Assembly (NCBI GenBank): GCA_963707215.1
Contig: CAVPPB010000003.1
Location: 896,001 to 960,000 of the forward strand
From: an uncultured Chloroflexia bacterium
Lineage (GTDB): Bacteria; Chloroflexota; Limnocylindria; Limnocylindrales; CSP1-4
DNA length: 64,000 nt
Reading direction: 5' to 3'
Below are positions 29,589-38,570 of this stretch, one piece after another. Every line of letters starts with the position of its first letter. Position 1 is the first letter of the stretch. The notes under the pieces were generated by a model. The model worked only from the letters and a program-made list of their open reading frames with translations, did no database searches and was not told the origin of the DNA. Position numbers and translations under genes: made by a program.

Positions 29589-30143
29589 TCAACACCCGGA
29601 TCCGTCGAGTGCATAGCGCAGCAGCCCGATCTGGGTCATCGCGTCGGTGATCTCACCGCGGTCGATCATCGCCAGCGCCTCGTCGAGCTCGACCCAGCGA
29701 AGCTCCAGCTCCTCCGTCCCCTCGGGCTCGGCCGCGCCGGGCTCCAGGTCGGTCGCCACGTAGAGGATGCCGGCTTCGTCGGTGACCGAGTTCGAGGTGT
29801 GGAACCGGACGAGCTCTCGCCAATCGGCGGCCCGGAACCCGGTCTCTTCGGCCAGCTCTCGGCGAGCACCCTCCAACGGGTCCTCGTCGAGCGGGGCGCC
29901 GCCCTCCGGGAGCTCCCACGACCAGGCGTCGAGCGTGTACCGGTGCTGCCCGACGAGGAGGATCCGACCAGCGAGGTCCACCGCTACGATCCCGACCGCG
30001 AGGTTGCGGAACTGGACGACGCCATAGACACCGGGCGTGCCATCCGGCCGCGTCACCTCGTCATGGACGACCCGGATCCAGGCGTTCTCGTAGGCGACCT
30101 GCCTGTCGTGACGGGTCCAGGGGTTCCGGCGGTCCGCGGGCAT
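29589..30143 (-). CDS. NUDIX hydrolase (ADP-ribose pyrophosphatase-like)
   Basis: ELPEGG...ARRELAEETG; -10 TACCAT 7 nt before ATG. Confidence 0.92.
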   Translation of the reverse strand: MPADRRNPWTRHDRQVAYENAWIRVVHDEVTRPDGTPGVYGVVQFRNLAVGIVAVDLAGRILLVGQHRYTLDAWSWELPEGGAPLDEDPLEGARRELAEETGFRAADWRELVRFHTSNSVTDEAGILYVATDLEPGAAEPEGTEELELRWVELDEALAMIDRGEITDAMTQIGLLRYALDGSGC

Positions 30144-30194
30144 GCGCGGAATGGTAGCGGTCGTCGTCGGCCGGGCGGCGTAGACTCCGGCCCC

Positions 30195-32297
30195 ATGACC
30201 GCCCAGGAGCGCCCCGCGTCCGGCCCCCGATACGACGTCGAGGCCCGCTGGGACGTCCGGATCCCGGTCCGCGACGGCCTCGAGCTGTCCTCCAACATCT
30301 GGCTGCCGGTGCCGGACCCCGAGCGGCCCGACGAGCGCTTCCCGGTCGTCCTCGAGATGATCCCCTACGGCAAGGACAGCTGGCGGCGCAATGGCGACGT
30401 CATGCGGGGGACCTGGCTCGCCCGCCGCGGGTACGCGCTCTGCCGGCTCGACGTCCGGGGGACGGGCAGCTCGCCGGGCGTCGCGGTCGACGAGTATGCG
30501 GAGGCGGAGACGCTCGACGGCTACGACGCCGTCGAGTGGCTGGCCGCCCGACCCTGGTGCGACGGCAACGTGGCGATGTGGGGGATCAGCTACGGTGGCT
30601 TCACCGCGATCCAGGTCGCCAAGCTGCGGCCGCCCCACCTCCGGGCGATCGTGCCGGTCTACGCGACCGACGACCGCTACCTCGACGACGTCCACTATCG
30701 CGGCGGCTGCCTGACGGCCAGCGAGCTCTCGCAGTACGCCGTCAGCCAGGTCGCCATGAACGCCATGCCGCCGGATCCGTCGTTCCGTGGGCCCGACTGG
30801 CGGACCGAGTGGCGCGATCGCCTGGAGCGGACTCCCGTGTGGCTGTTCGAGTGGCTCCGCCGGCCGACCGATGGACCGTACTGGCGCCAGGGATCGCTGG
30901 CACCCGAGTACGAAGCGCTCGACTGCGCCGTCTACCAGGTCGGTGGCTGGAATGACAGCTACGTGGACCCGGTCTTCCGGATGCAGGCTCGCTGCACGAG
31001 TGCCGACGTGCGCTCCCTCGTCGGGCCGTGGGGCCACAGCTGGCCCGACGACGCCACGCCCGGCCCGAACGTCGACTGGCTCCACGAGGTCATCCGATTC
31101 TTCGACCGCCACCTCCGGGGGCTCGCCAGCGACGTCGACGCGGAGCCCCGCCTCGTCTGGTTCGAGCGGGACTTCTCGCCGCCCGAGCCGTTCCCGGCTG
31201 CCTGGACCGGGCGCTGGCGGGCCACCGACCGGTTCCCTCACCCGGCGACCGTGGACCACGCCTGGAAGCTGGTCGGCGGCGAGCTGCCGGGCATCGGTCG
31301 CCTGGTCGACGCGCGATCGGCGGCCCCTGCCAGGGACCCGGCGGGCGACGACCGGGGGCCCGACCGGCTGCCCCACCGGGCGACCGTGGGGACGACCGGG
31401 GCGCTGTCGTGGGGAGCCGGCGGTGAGCCGAACGGGCTCGGGCGCGATCCGCGACCGGACGAGGCACGGTCGCTGACCTGGACCAGCGAGCCCCTCGACA
31501 CCGCTGTGGCGATCCTGGGCTTCCCGGCCCTGGTCCTTCATCTCGCCGTCGACGCGCCGGTGGCCACCATCGTCTGTCGGCTCATGGACGTCGCCCCGGA
31601 CGGGATCTCCTCGCAGGTCTCGCTGGGGGCCCTCAACCTGACCCATCGACGCTCGCACCAGGCGCCGGAGCCGCTCGAGCCGGGTCGGGTCGAGGAGGCC
31701 CGGGTGCTCCTCCGTGCGGCCGGCTATCGGTTCGCCCCCGGCCACCGCATCCGCGTGAGCATCGCATCGCAGTACTGGCCGGTCCTCTGGCCGTCGCCGT
31801 ACCCGGCCACGATCGAGGTCCACCGAGACGCCGCGCATCCGTCGAGGCTCGAGCTGCCGACCGTCCCGGAGGCAGGCGGCATCGGCGATCGGCCCGTGCC
31901 GGCGTTCGGGACGACAGCTCCTGGCGACCTGGTGCCCGTCGGCGGCGGCGACGAGGAGCCGGCCGCCTGGCGGGTCGTCGAAGACGTCCTGGCAGGGACC
32001 ATCTCGGTCGAGACCTCGGAGGGCGGCACAACGGTCCTCGAGGACGGCCGCTCGCTCTACACCCGGGAGCGCTTCCGGCTGACCGGGCGGGACGCCGACC
32101 CGGCCCGGGCCGAGATGCACGCGGACGTCGTCTACCGCTGGCGCGAGCACGCGTTCGAGGCCGAGATCAGGGCGACCGCCGGGCTCATCTCCGACAGCGA
32201 GGCGTTCGACCTCGAAGTCCAGCTCGAGGTCGACGTCGACGGCGAGCGCTTCTTCGACCGGAAGACTGCCGAGCGGGTGCCCCGGCACCTGGTCTGA
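30195..32297 (+). CDS. CocE/NonD (peptidase S15) hydrolase
   Basis: DVRGTGSS, WGISYGG, GGWND, GPWGH; C-terminal jelly-roll. Confidence 0.93.
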   Translation: MTAQERPASGPRYDVEARWDVRIPVRDGLELSSNIWLPVPDPERPDERFPVVLEMIPYGKDSWRRNGDVMRGTWLARRGYALCRLDVRGTGSSPGVAVDEYAEAETLDGYDAVEWLAARPWCDGNVAMWGISYGGFTAIQVAKLRPPHLRAIVPVYATDDRYLDDVHYRGGCLTASELSQYAVSQVAMNAMPPDPSFRGPDWRTEWRDRLERTPVWLFEWLRRPTDGPYWRQGSLAPEYEALDCAVYQVGGWNDSYVDPVFRMQARCTSADVRSLVGPWGHSWPDDATPGPNVDWLHEVIRFFDRHLRGLASDVDAEPRLVWFERDFSPPEPFPAAWTGRWRATDRFPHPATVDHAWKLVGGELPGIGRLVDARSAAPARDPAGDDRGPDRLPHRATVGTTGALSWGAGGEPNGLGRDPRPDEARSLTWTSEPLDTAVAILGFPALVLHLAVDAPVATIVCRLMDVAPDGISSQVSLGALNLTHRRSHQAPEPLEPGRVEEARVLLRAAGYRFAPGHRIRVSIASQYWPVLWPSPYPATIEVHRDAAHPSRLELPTVPEAGGIGDRPVPAFGTTAPGDLVPVGGGDEEPAAWRVVEDVLAGTISVETSEGGTTVLEDGRSLYTRERFRLTGRDADPARAEMHADVVYRWREHAFEAEIRATAGLISDSEAFDLEVQLEVDVDGERFFDRKTAERVPRHLV

Positions 32298-32364
32298 TCG
32301 GGCCCGGGGCGGTGCCCGGTTGTCCGGCAAGGCCCGGCCGGCACCTGGCCCGGGCGGCTGCTGC

Positions 32365-33036
32365 CTAGCCCACCAGCAGGTCTGCCGCGATGACGGCGGC
32401 GAAGCCGACGATGACGGCGTTGCCCACCAGGCTGGTCCAGCGGCGCAGCGAGGGAGCGGCATGGCGGTGGAGCGCCGACCCGACGGCGGCGAGGAGAAGC
32501 TGCCACGACGCCGAGGCGGCGAAGGCCGAGATGGCGAAGCCGAGCCGCTCGACGGGACCGTCGCCCAGGGCCGGCAGACCAAGGACCAGCGCGGCGAAGT
32601 AGGTCACCGTCATCGGGTTCAGGAGGGTCAACCCCAGGAAGGCGAGGTAGGTCCGGGCGTTCCCGCGACGGCCCCGGAGGTCGCCGTGCGGCGCCGGATC
32701 GAGGCCGGGGCGCGGTGGAGGGTCGGCCACCGCGCGGGCCGGTGTCCGGAGGCCTCGTCGGAGGCCGATCGCGGCGATGGCGAGCAGGGCGAGGACCGAG
32801 GCCCAGCGAAGCGGCGTCTCCCATGGCGCGAGCGCCAGCGCCACGGCGGCCCCGAAGAGCGCGGCGGCGGCGGCGTAGACGCCGTCCGCTGTCGCAGCGC
32901 CCAGGCCGGCGGCCGCACCAGCACGGAACCCGTCACGTGAGCCCAGATCGACGATGAGGACCGCGATCGCCCCGACCGGGATGGCGATGCCGTAGCCCGC
33001 GACGAGACCGGCGACGACGGCGTCGGCGAGCGGCAC
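32365..33036 (-). CDS. LysE family exporter
   Basis: AIPVGAIA, GAATADG, LTLLNP. Confidence 0.88.
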   Translation of the reverse strand: MPLADAVVAGLVAGYGIAIPVGAIAVLIVDLGSRDGFRAGAAAGLGAATADGVYAAAAALFGAAVALALAPWETPLRWASVLALLAIAAIGLRRGLRTPARAVADPPPRPGLDPAPHGDLRGRRGNARTYLAFLGLTLLNPMTVTYFAALVLGLPALGDGPVERLGFAISAFAASASWQLLLAAVGSALHRHAAPSLRRWTSLVGNAVIVGFAAVIAADLLVG

Positions 33037-33051
33037 GACGGCCCGGGGAGC

Positions 33052-34575
33052 CTAGCTGCCGAGGCCGAGCGGCTCGAGCGCAGCGGCCAGAGCCGCCCGG
33101 TGCTCCGGGGTCGAGAAGTCCAGGATCGGGTGACCCGGCAGGATCCGCTCGGTCACGGCGCCGCGGATCCGGACGTAGGCGACCGGGTAGATGGCGCCGG
33201 TCCCGTCGGCCTCGAGGGTCATCGCGGCGCCGTCCACGCCGGACTCGTCGTCCACGAAGGCGGCCAGCGGGACGATGCCCTCGTCGCGAAGCCCGCGGTC
33301 GGGATCGACCGAGATCGCATGGGCCAGGAACGCCTTCTGATGGAGCAGCTCGGGGCCGTTCGTCGCCTCATCGAGGAGCAGGTCGGCGACGGCCGACGGC
33401 TGGATCGTCGGTCGCTCGACAGCCATCCCGAACCGGGTCTCGGCCAATCGCTGGGCGAGGAGCCGGGAGTTGTACCGGTGGCCGTGGACCGCCCCCGAGT
33501 TCGGTGGGATACCGTGCTTCTTGAGTCCGGTGACGGCCTGGGTGATCGTCCCCGCGAAGTGGATGCCCGGGACGGTCGCGCTCTCCCACCAGGTGGTCTG
33601 AGCCGGCAGGGCGCTCAGGCCGAAGGTCGCCACGCCGAGCGACGGCAGGTCGCGGAGCGGACACATGAAGCCGGTCGCCTCGATGACGTCGTCCGCGGCG
33701 ACCGCCAGCTCCTCGCCGGTATCGGTCCGGCGGACCCGGACGATCAGCTCACCTCCCGAGGATTCGATCCGATCGATCTTGGCGTCGAGGATGCCGACGC
33801 CACCGCCCAGGGCGTTGTCCTCGAAGGGCTGGGCGTACCGAGCCCGGACCCCGACGAGCGACCGGGTGACCACCGACAGCTTCGCCGGCGACGGCGAGGC
33901 GAGGACGATGGAGCCCGCCCACGCGAGCAGGCCGTTGGCCAGCTCGAAACCCGAGTTCCGCTTCCCGATCACGAACACCCGCCGCCCGGCGTACGTCTCC
34001 ACCGGTCGGACGTCGGCGTAGTGATGGGCCAGCTCGATCCCCGGGATGGACGCGCTGTATGGCTCGGCGACTCCGACCGCGAAGATCGCCTCCCGGCAGC
34101 GGTACTCGCCGTCGCTGGTGACGATGACGACGCGCCGACCGTCGGGACCGTCATCGAGCCTCGTGGATTCCCAGCTGCAGCCGTAGCGGACCTCGAGGCC
34201 GGTCCGCTCGACGAAGGTGACGAGGCTGTCCTCCATCTCGGGACGAGACGGAAACTCCGACGTCCCGTCCATGAGTCCGGGCTGCAGGTTCCTGGCCGAT
34301 GGCTCGTCGGCAAGGAGGCTGTTCCAGTCGTAGCGCTCGTAGGCTCGGCTCTCGCGCGGCACCGGCGCGTAGGGCTTGGTCCACGAGAGCAGGCGCTGGA
34401 AGTGGGGCCACTTCAGGAACATACCGCCCGGCCCCGGGTCCGCCGAGATGACCGCCACCTCGATCCCCAGACGGCGCAACGAGTAGGCGACCTGGAGGCC
34501 GCCCGGGCCGCTGCCCACGACGACGACCGGGTAGTCGCCCGGGGGGAAGGGCCGCTCGTCGCTCGTCGCAGCCAC
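33052..34575 (-). CDS. FAD/NAD(P)-dependent oxidoreductase (FOXRED2-like)
   Basis: VVVGSGPGG, YDWNSLL, IGKRNSGFE, ATGF, GAVHGHRY; GTG start just after the upstream stop. Confidence 0.85.
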   Translation of the reverse strand: MAATSDERPFPPGDYPVVVVGSGPGGLQVAYSLRRLGIEVAVISADPGPGGMFLKWPHFQRLLSWTKPYAPVPRESRAYERYDWNSLLADEPSARNLQPGLMDGTSEFPSRPEMEDSLVTFVERTGLEVRYGCSWESTRLDDGPDGRRVVIVTSDGEYRCREAIFAVGVAEPYSASIPGIELAHHYADVRPVETYAGRRVFVIGKRNSGFELANGLLAWAGSIVLASPSPAKLSVVTRSLVGVRARYAQPFEDNALGGGVGILDAKIDRIESSGGELIVRVRRTDTGEELAVAADDVIEATGFMCPLRDLPSLGVATFGLSALPAQTTWWESATVPGIHFAGTITQAVTGLKKHGIPPNSGAVHGHRYNSRLLAQRLAETRFGMAVERPTIQPSAVADLLLDEATNGPELLHQKAFLAHAISVDPDRGLRDEGIVPLAAFVDDESGVDGAAMTLEADGTGAIYPVAYVRIRGAVTERILPGHPILDFSTPEHRAALAAALEPLGLGS

Positions 34576-34586
34576 GTCCACCGCCC

Positions 34587-35009
34587 TCAGGGCCGCCAGC
34601 GAGTGGCGTTCCGGAGTCGCCGCCCGAGAGCCTGGAGCATCCGGTACATGACCTTGGGGTGGGCGAGGAGGAAGGGCTCCACCGCCGGTCCCGGCAGGAT
34701 GAGCACCCGGACCGGTCCCACCGCGACGATGTCGGCGATGGGCGATTCGCCCAGGAGGATCGAGACCTCGCCGAAGAAGTCGCCGCGACCCAGGGTCGTC
34801 CGCTCCTCGCCGTCGACACGGACCGAGCAGTCGCCCTCCAGGATCACGTAGAAGCCGCTCCCCGACAGGCCCTGGCGGAGGATCCGTTCGCCGGCCGGGA
34901 ACCAGGCCTCCTCGAAGTGGCTGACGACGGCCTCGAGCTGGGGGGTCGTCAGGTCGGCGAACAGGGCGAACCCGGCGAGCTTCTCGGCGATCTCCTCGCG
35001 GCTGGCCAT
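34587..35009 (-). CDS. Stand-alone cyclic nucleotide-binding domain protein (degenerate phosphate-binding cassette)
   Basis: LF..L, ILRQG, FYVILEG, GDFFGEVSIL; Arg absent (SPIAD); RBS GAGGAGG. Confidence 0.88.
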   Translation of the reverse strand: MASREEIAEKLAGFALFADLTTPQLEAVVSHFEEAWFPAGERILRQGLSGSGFYVILEGDCSVRVDGEERTTLGRGDFFGEVSILLGESPIADIVAVGPVRVLILPGPAVEPFLLAHPKVMYRMLQALGRRLRNATRWRP

Positions 35010-35201
35010 GGCCCCTCCTCATCGCGGCAGCGTCCGTCCACGCGGCGACCCGCACCACGGAAGACGATCGTGCCACCCCGGACCGGCATCGGCAAGCCGG
35101 GACCTGCCCCGGAGGGGCGGGAGCCGCGCTCGGGCCGACCCGTCAGCATTGACGGGGCAGGTGGCGGGGTCGCACGATGCGGTCGAGCCAGAGGAGACCC
35201 G

Positions 35202-35624
35202 ATGACGACCCAGGCCCACCACGACCTGCTCCGGAGCATCCCGCTGTTCGCCGGCGCCGACCCGGGCGATCTTGCGGCCCTGGCCGCGGTAGCGACGGAG
35301 GCCGATTTCCCGGCCGGCCGCTCGGTGGTCCGCCAGGGCGACCCCGGCTCTGGCCTGTTCGTCGTCCTCGAGGGGTCGGTCCGCGTCGTCCGCGACGGCG
35401 AGACCCTCGCCGAGCTCGGTCCGGGCCAGTGGTTCGGCGAGCTGGCCGTGCTCGACCGCGGACCGCGGACCGCGGCCGTGCTCACGACCGTCCCGACCCG
35501 CTGCCTGGCGGTGGCAGCGTGGGACGCCGAGCGGCTCATGATCGAGCGCCCGACCCTTGCCGTCGCGGTGGCCCGGGCCATGGCCGAGCGGCTCCGCGAC
35601 GTCCTGGAGGACCATCACGGCTGA
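35202..35624 (+). CDS. Stand-alone cyclic nucleotide-binding domain protein
   Basis: IPLF, VRQGDPG, WFGELAVLDRGPRTA; RBS GAGGAG. Confidence 0.9.
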   Translation: MTTQAHHDLLRSIPLFAGADPGDLAALAAVATEADFPAGRSVVRQGDPGSGLFVVLEGSVRVVRDGETLAELGPGQWFGELAVLDRGPRTAAVLTTVPTRCLAVAAWDAERLMIERPTLAVAVARAMAERLRDVLEDHHG

Positions 35625-35654
35625 TCAGCATCGCCGATCAGCCCCCGAGCGACC

Positions 35655-38450
35655 ATGAGCAGCGTCCCGAGCCAACTGCCACTCCCCACGGGGACCGTGA
35701 CCTTCCCGTTCACGGACATCGAGGGTTCCACCCGCCTCGTCCAGGCCCTCGGCGCCGACCGTTGGGGGCCGCTCCTCGAGCGCCACCGCGAGATCGTCCG
35801 GACAGCCCTCGCGGCATCGGACGGGATCGAGATCCAGACCGAGGGCGACGCCTTCTTCGCGGTCTTCGCCCGTCCCGCCGACGCCATCCGAGCGGTCGTG
35901 GCGGCCCAGCGCGGGCTGGCGGCCGAGCCATGGCCGGAGGACGCCCCGGTCCGGGTCAGGATGGGCCTCCACACCGGGGACGGCGAGCTCGACGCCGACG
36001 GGGCCTACGTCGGAGCCGACGTCCACCGCGCAGCCCGGGTCGGCGGCGCCGGCCACGGCGGCCAGGTGGTCCTCTCGGCCGCGACCGCCGCCCTCCTGTC
36101 GACGAGCCTCCCCGACGGCGTGGCCCTCCGGGACCTCGGCGAGCACCGCCTCAAGGATCTCCGACCGGAGCGCCTCTGGCAGCTCGATGCGGATGGCCTG
36201 CCGCACGACTTCCCGGCCGTCCGCTCGCTCGACGCGCGGCCGAACAACCTGCCGACCCAGCTGACGAGCTTCGTGGGGCGGCACCGGGAGCTGGCCGAGA
36301 CCGGCGCGCTCCTCCGGGGGACCCGGCTCCTGACGCTCACCGGACCGGGCGGGACCGGCAAGACCCGCCTCTCGCTGCAGCTGGCGGCGGCGGCGGCCGA
36401 CGCCTACCCGGCGGGGACCTGGTTCGTACCCCTGGAGCCGATCCGGGACCCGACGCTGGTCCTGCCCACGATCGCCCGGACGCTGGGGATCGCCGAGCGG
36501 GCCGAGCGAACGCCGCTCGACATGCTCACCGAGACGATCGGCGAGGATCGGATCCTCTTCGTGCTCGACAACTTCGAGCAGGTCATCGATGCCGCCCCGG
36601 ACGTCGCCGCGCTCCTCAGGGCGTGTCCTGGGATCGCCGTGATCACAACCAGCCGGGCCGTGCTCCGCGTCTCCGGCGAGCAGGAGTACGTCGTCCCAGG
36701 GCTGCCCAGCCCGCCCGACACCAGCCGCCTCTCCCGGGTCGAGCTGGAGAACCTCCCCCCGGCGGTCCGACGGCCCGATGCGGCGACCCTGTGCCAGTAC
36801 GAGGCCGTCCGGCTCTTCATCGCCCGTGCCGTCGCCGTCCGCCCCGGCTTCCAGGTGACCAACGACAACGCGCCCGCCGTCGCCGCCATCTGCGCCCGCC
36901 TCCAGGGCATGCCCCTGGCGATCGAGCTGGCCGCGGCCCGCGTCAGGATCCTCTCGCCGGAGCAGATCCTGGCTCGGCTCGAGGACCAGCTCGCACTCCT
37001 GACCTCGACCGCCCGCGACCTCCCGGAGCGCCAGCGGACGCTGCGCGGGGCGATCGCCTGGAGCTGTGACCTCCTCGACGAGCCGCACCGCCGGCTCCTG
37101 GCCCGCTTGTCGGTCTTCCGCGGCGGCTGGGATCTGGGCATGGCCGAGGCGGTCCTGGACGCCGGCGACGGGACCGGGTCGGAGGGCCCGGGCCTCGACA
37201 TCCTCGAGGGCCTGACGACGCTCGTCGACCAGAGCCTCGCCCGGAGCGTCGACATCGGCGATGAGCCGCGCTTCGACCTCTTGGAATCGATCCGCGAGTT
37301 CGCCGCCGAGCTGCTCGCCGAGGCCGGGGTGACGGAGGTCGTCCGCGAGCGCCATGCCGGGGCCTTCCTCGCCCTGGCCGAGGAGGCCGCGCCGCACCTG
37401 TCGGGCGAGGATCAGCGCGCCTGGCTGGAGCGACTGGAGCGCGATCACGACAACCTGCGGGCCGCGCTCTCGTGGGCCGTCGAGCGACCGGATCCCGAGG
37501 TGGCGGTCCGCCTGGCGTTCGCCCTGTGGCGCTTCTGGCAGCAGCGCGGCTACCTCCGCGAGGCCCGGCGCGAGCTCGAGGAGCTCGCCGCCGTGGGCTG
37601 GGAGCTGTCGCCGGTGCTGCGGGCCCGTCTTGCCGAGGCTGCCGGCGGGGTCGCCTACTGGCAGGCCGACCTGGACGCGGCCGCCCACTGGTACGACGAC
37701 GCGCTCGCGGAGTGGGAGCGCCTCGGAGACGAGCGGGAGATCGCCAACGCGCTCTACAACCGCGGCTACATCGAGGTCGCATCGATGCAGACGATCATGG
37801 CGGAGAAGGACAGCGAGGAGGCCCGGCGCCTGTGCCAGGAGCAGGCCGCCGACGCCCGCCGTCGCTTCGACCTGGCGCTGACCATCTACCGGGGGATCGG
37901 AGATCGGGTAGGCGAGGCCAACGTCCTGTGGGGTCTGGGCGGGCTCGAGGCCTTCCTGGGCGACCAGGTGGCCGCCGAGCCGTGGTTCCGGCGATCGCTC
38001 GAGCTGCACCTGGCCGCCGGGCACCGGACCATGGAAGCGTGGTCGCTCCACATGCTGAGCCTGGCGCTGGTGGACCAACGTCGGCTCGACGAGGCGCTCG
38101 AGATGTCCCGCCAGGCCCTTCGGCTCTTCCACCGGTCCGGGGACATCTCCGGCATCACCCTCTGCCTCGACGCGCTCGCCGCCATCGCGCTTGGTGACGA
38201 CGACACGGCTCGATCCGGGCGACTCTGGGGAGCAGCCCGGGCGCTCCAGCTGGCCAGCGGCGCCGACCTCGCCCAGTGGGACGAGGGCCTGTTCGAGACG
38301 CTCAAGGACCTGAGTCCCCGCACCCGGATCCCGGGGGACGAGCTCGAGCGACTGGCTGCCGAGGGGCGAGCCATGGCCCTGGACGAGACGGTCGCCTACG
38401 CCATGGGCGAGCGGCCGCCGAACGCGACCGAAGGACCGCCGACCGCGTAG
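35655..38450 (+). CDS. Class III cyclase - STAND ATPase - TPR protein
   Basis: FTDIEGST, EGDAF, DVHRAARV; Walker A GPGGTGKT, VLDNFE, GMPLAIELAA; helical repeats. Confidence 0.93.
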   Translation: MSSVPSQLPLPTGTVTFPFTDIEGSTRLVQALGADRWGPLLERHREIVRTALAASDGIEIQTEGDAFFAVFARPADAIRAVVAAQRGLAAEPWPEDAPVRVRMGLHTGDGELDADGAYVGADVHRAARVGGAGHGGQVVLSAATAALLSTSLPDGVALRDLGEHRLKDLRPERLWQLDADGLPHDFPAVRSLDARPNNLPTQLTSFVGRHRELAETGALLRGTRLLTLTGPGGTGKTRLSLQLAAAAADAYPAGTWFVPLEPIRDPTLVLPTIARTLGIAERAERTPLDMLTETIGEDRILFVLDNFEQVIDAAPDVAALLRACPGIAVITTSRAVLRVSGEQEYVVPGLPSPPDTSRLSRVELENLPPAVRRPDAATLCQYEAVRLFIARAVAVRPGFQVTNDNAPAVAAICARLQGMPLAIELAAARVRILSPEQILARLEDQLALLTSTARDLPERQRTLRGAIAWSCDLLDEPHRRLLARLSVFRGGWDLGMAEAVLDAGDGTGSEGPGLDILEGLTTLVDQSLARSVDIGDEPRFDLLESIREFAAELLAEAGVTEVVRERHAGAFLALAEEAAPHLSGEDQRAWLERLERDHDNLRAALSWAVERPDPEVAVRLAFALWRFWQQRGYLREARRELEELAAVGWELSPVLRARLAEAAGGVAYWQADLDAAAHWYDDALAEWERLGDEREIANALYNRGYIEVASMQTIMAEKDSEEARRLCQEQAADARRRFDLALTIYRGIGDRVGEANVLWGLGGLEAFLGDQVAAEPWFRRSLELHLAAGHRTMEAWSLHMLSLALVDQRRLDEALEMSRQALRLFHRSGDISGITLCLDALAAIALGDDDTARSGRLWGAARALQLASGADLAQWDEGLFETLKDLSPRTRIPGDELERLAAEGRAMALDETVAYAMGERPPNATEGPPTA

Positions 38451-38570
38451 CATTGGGCCCGACCCGCCCCGGGCCCCGCTCACGCTGACCGGGCGGCGGC
38501 TACCGGGCGCGGACGACCGGGCCGGCACACCGGCGCGAGTCGGGCCGACCTCCCAGACAGGCGGTCCACG

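Noticed and set aside
29301-32582. ~998-aa ORFs on both strands as giant fusions
   Set aside because: Upstream extensions are antisense to the neighbouring gene; real starts are 30195(+) and 30143(-), each with a -10 element
33052-35076. CNBD-oxidoreductase fusion suggested by the 674-aa ORF
   Set aside because: The CNBD is in a different frame with its own RBS and stop (34587); these are two genes
34587-38450. Calling the cyclase/CNBD locus a Pycsar or Avs defence system
   Set aside because: CNBDs lack TM/TIR effector domains, the cyclase-STAND-TPR architecture is a common regulatory type, and there is no defence-island context
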